DNA of 64,000 nt from Lytechinus pictus (Eukaryota). Below the pieces are notes generated by a model, which was not told the DNA's origin, did no database searches, and worked only from the letters and a program-made list of their open reading frames with translations. A program made the translations under genes and the position numbers. Shown in pieces: positions 62,953-64,000 of the stretch; the stretch's first letter is position 1, and each line of letters begins with the position of its first letter. The stretch is from positions 34,846,001 to 34,910,000 of the forward strand of contig NC_087245.1 of NCBI RefSeq assembly GCF_037042905.1. The letters are read 5' to 3'.

Positions 62953-64000
62953 TTCCTTTTTTTATTGAGCAAAGTATCACAAATTGATTGCCAAAAAATG
63001 GCGTCATAAAGTTTTGGTGTACCGGTATTTTATGTAAGGAATTTTAGGGTTTTCTTTATCACTCATCAAATGAAATGAATTGTGAAGAATGTTTGATTAT
63101 TATACTACTCACCTCAAGCTTTAAAATAAGACCTTCCTCGCTCCCCCCTCCTCCTCTACCCTTGCCATTTTGCATTCCATCAGTCGCGGTGTTGCAAATT
63201 AACGGACTAAATTGCGCTAATTTTTTTCAGGGATGATATATACATGTACATGTAGCTCTAAATTGATACGGTACCAATTTTATGACAATATCTCTATGTT
63301 CAACTGAGATATCGAAAAAGAGTACCACCACCACCTTTTTGTGGGATTAGTTCAAGATGTGTGGCCCTACATGTGAAGTTTTTCATGATACATGTATGCT
63401 TGCAGAATCAATTTGATAATCAATTTGATATGCCCTATTTGGTATGTTATATTTTCAAAAAATTCATCTGTATGTTGCCGGCCTACACGTACATGCAAAG
63501 ATTATGTGATACCGTATACTATCTTCTTTTCAATTTTCACTGATCAATATATGTTCGATGTTTTTAAACATTTTTTTCAAGTCACTTGTGAATTGTCATT
63601 TTTCTGTTGTAAAGTAGAATCTGACCAACCTTCACTTTTTATACTAATACTACAAACTGAACAACATACAGTACGGTATTTCCTTCTTCCCCTAATATCC
63701 ATATAATTTGAGACTATCAGACTAATGTATTGTTCTGTCCTATTGTGTTGTGTCATTTATTCTCTCTGTAGGTTCCCAACGATCTTGTCCCCAATTCATC
63801 AACTCACCTCAGGATGCCACAGTGCTTCCTCTTCATCATTTGTTGCGTGTCATACTAGCATCAACCATATTAGTTGTCGGAACATTTGCATGTTACATTC
63901 GCCCTGCACTGTCAGTCAATCGCCACTCACTTTTATCCTGATTTTGCTTCACTTTCTTTTGATCTAACGCTCCAAAGAATGTCATCTCATTTGCTGAGTC

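Noticed and set aside
63725..63967. Coding exon at the window end
   Set aside because: All three frames after the acceptor at 63771 close with stops and none resembles a known protein; kept only as a possible UTR exon

Overview
AT-rich, intron-rich eukaryotic (invertebrate) genomic DNA; the repeat style suggests a sea urchin or other echinoderm, which is an inference. Two complete spliced protein-coding genes were reconstructed by hand on the minus strand, with GT-AG junctions and consistent phases. One is a very-long-chain 3-hydroxyacyl-CoA dehydratase (HACD1/2, PTPLA/PHS1 family; 6 coding exons, 12540->3435, 235 aa). The other is a Rag C/D GTPase (RRAGC/D; 9 coding exons, 42696->29491, 387 aa), whose first exon contributes only the ATG. 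Almost all ORFs in the supplied track are spurious. The rest of the window is dense with non-autonomous mobile elements: TTAA-flanked Kolobok-like MITEs, hAT-like elements with 8-bp TSDs, Tc1/mariner-like elements, Helentron-associated/Tsp-like elements with internal tandem repeats, tRNA-derived SINEs and decayed LINE fragments. The most unusual structure is at ~49.9-57.3 kb. A 1.4-kb tandem duplication grades into a homogenised higher-order satellite (about 41 copies of a 29-bp core in 74-bp and ~190-bp units), which is closed by a tRNA-like Pol III module and a 117-bp near-perfect palindrome with a GC-GAA-GC loop. No prokaryotic system (CRISPR etc.) is supported.
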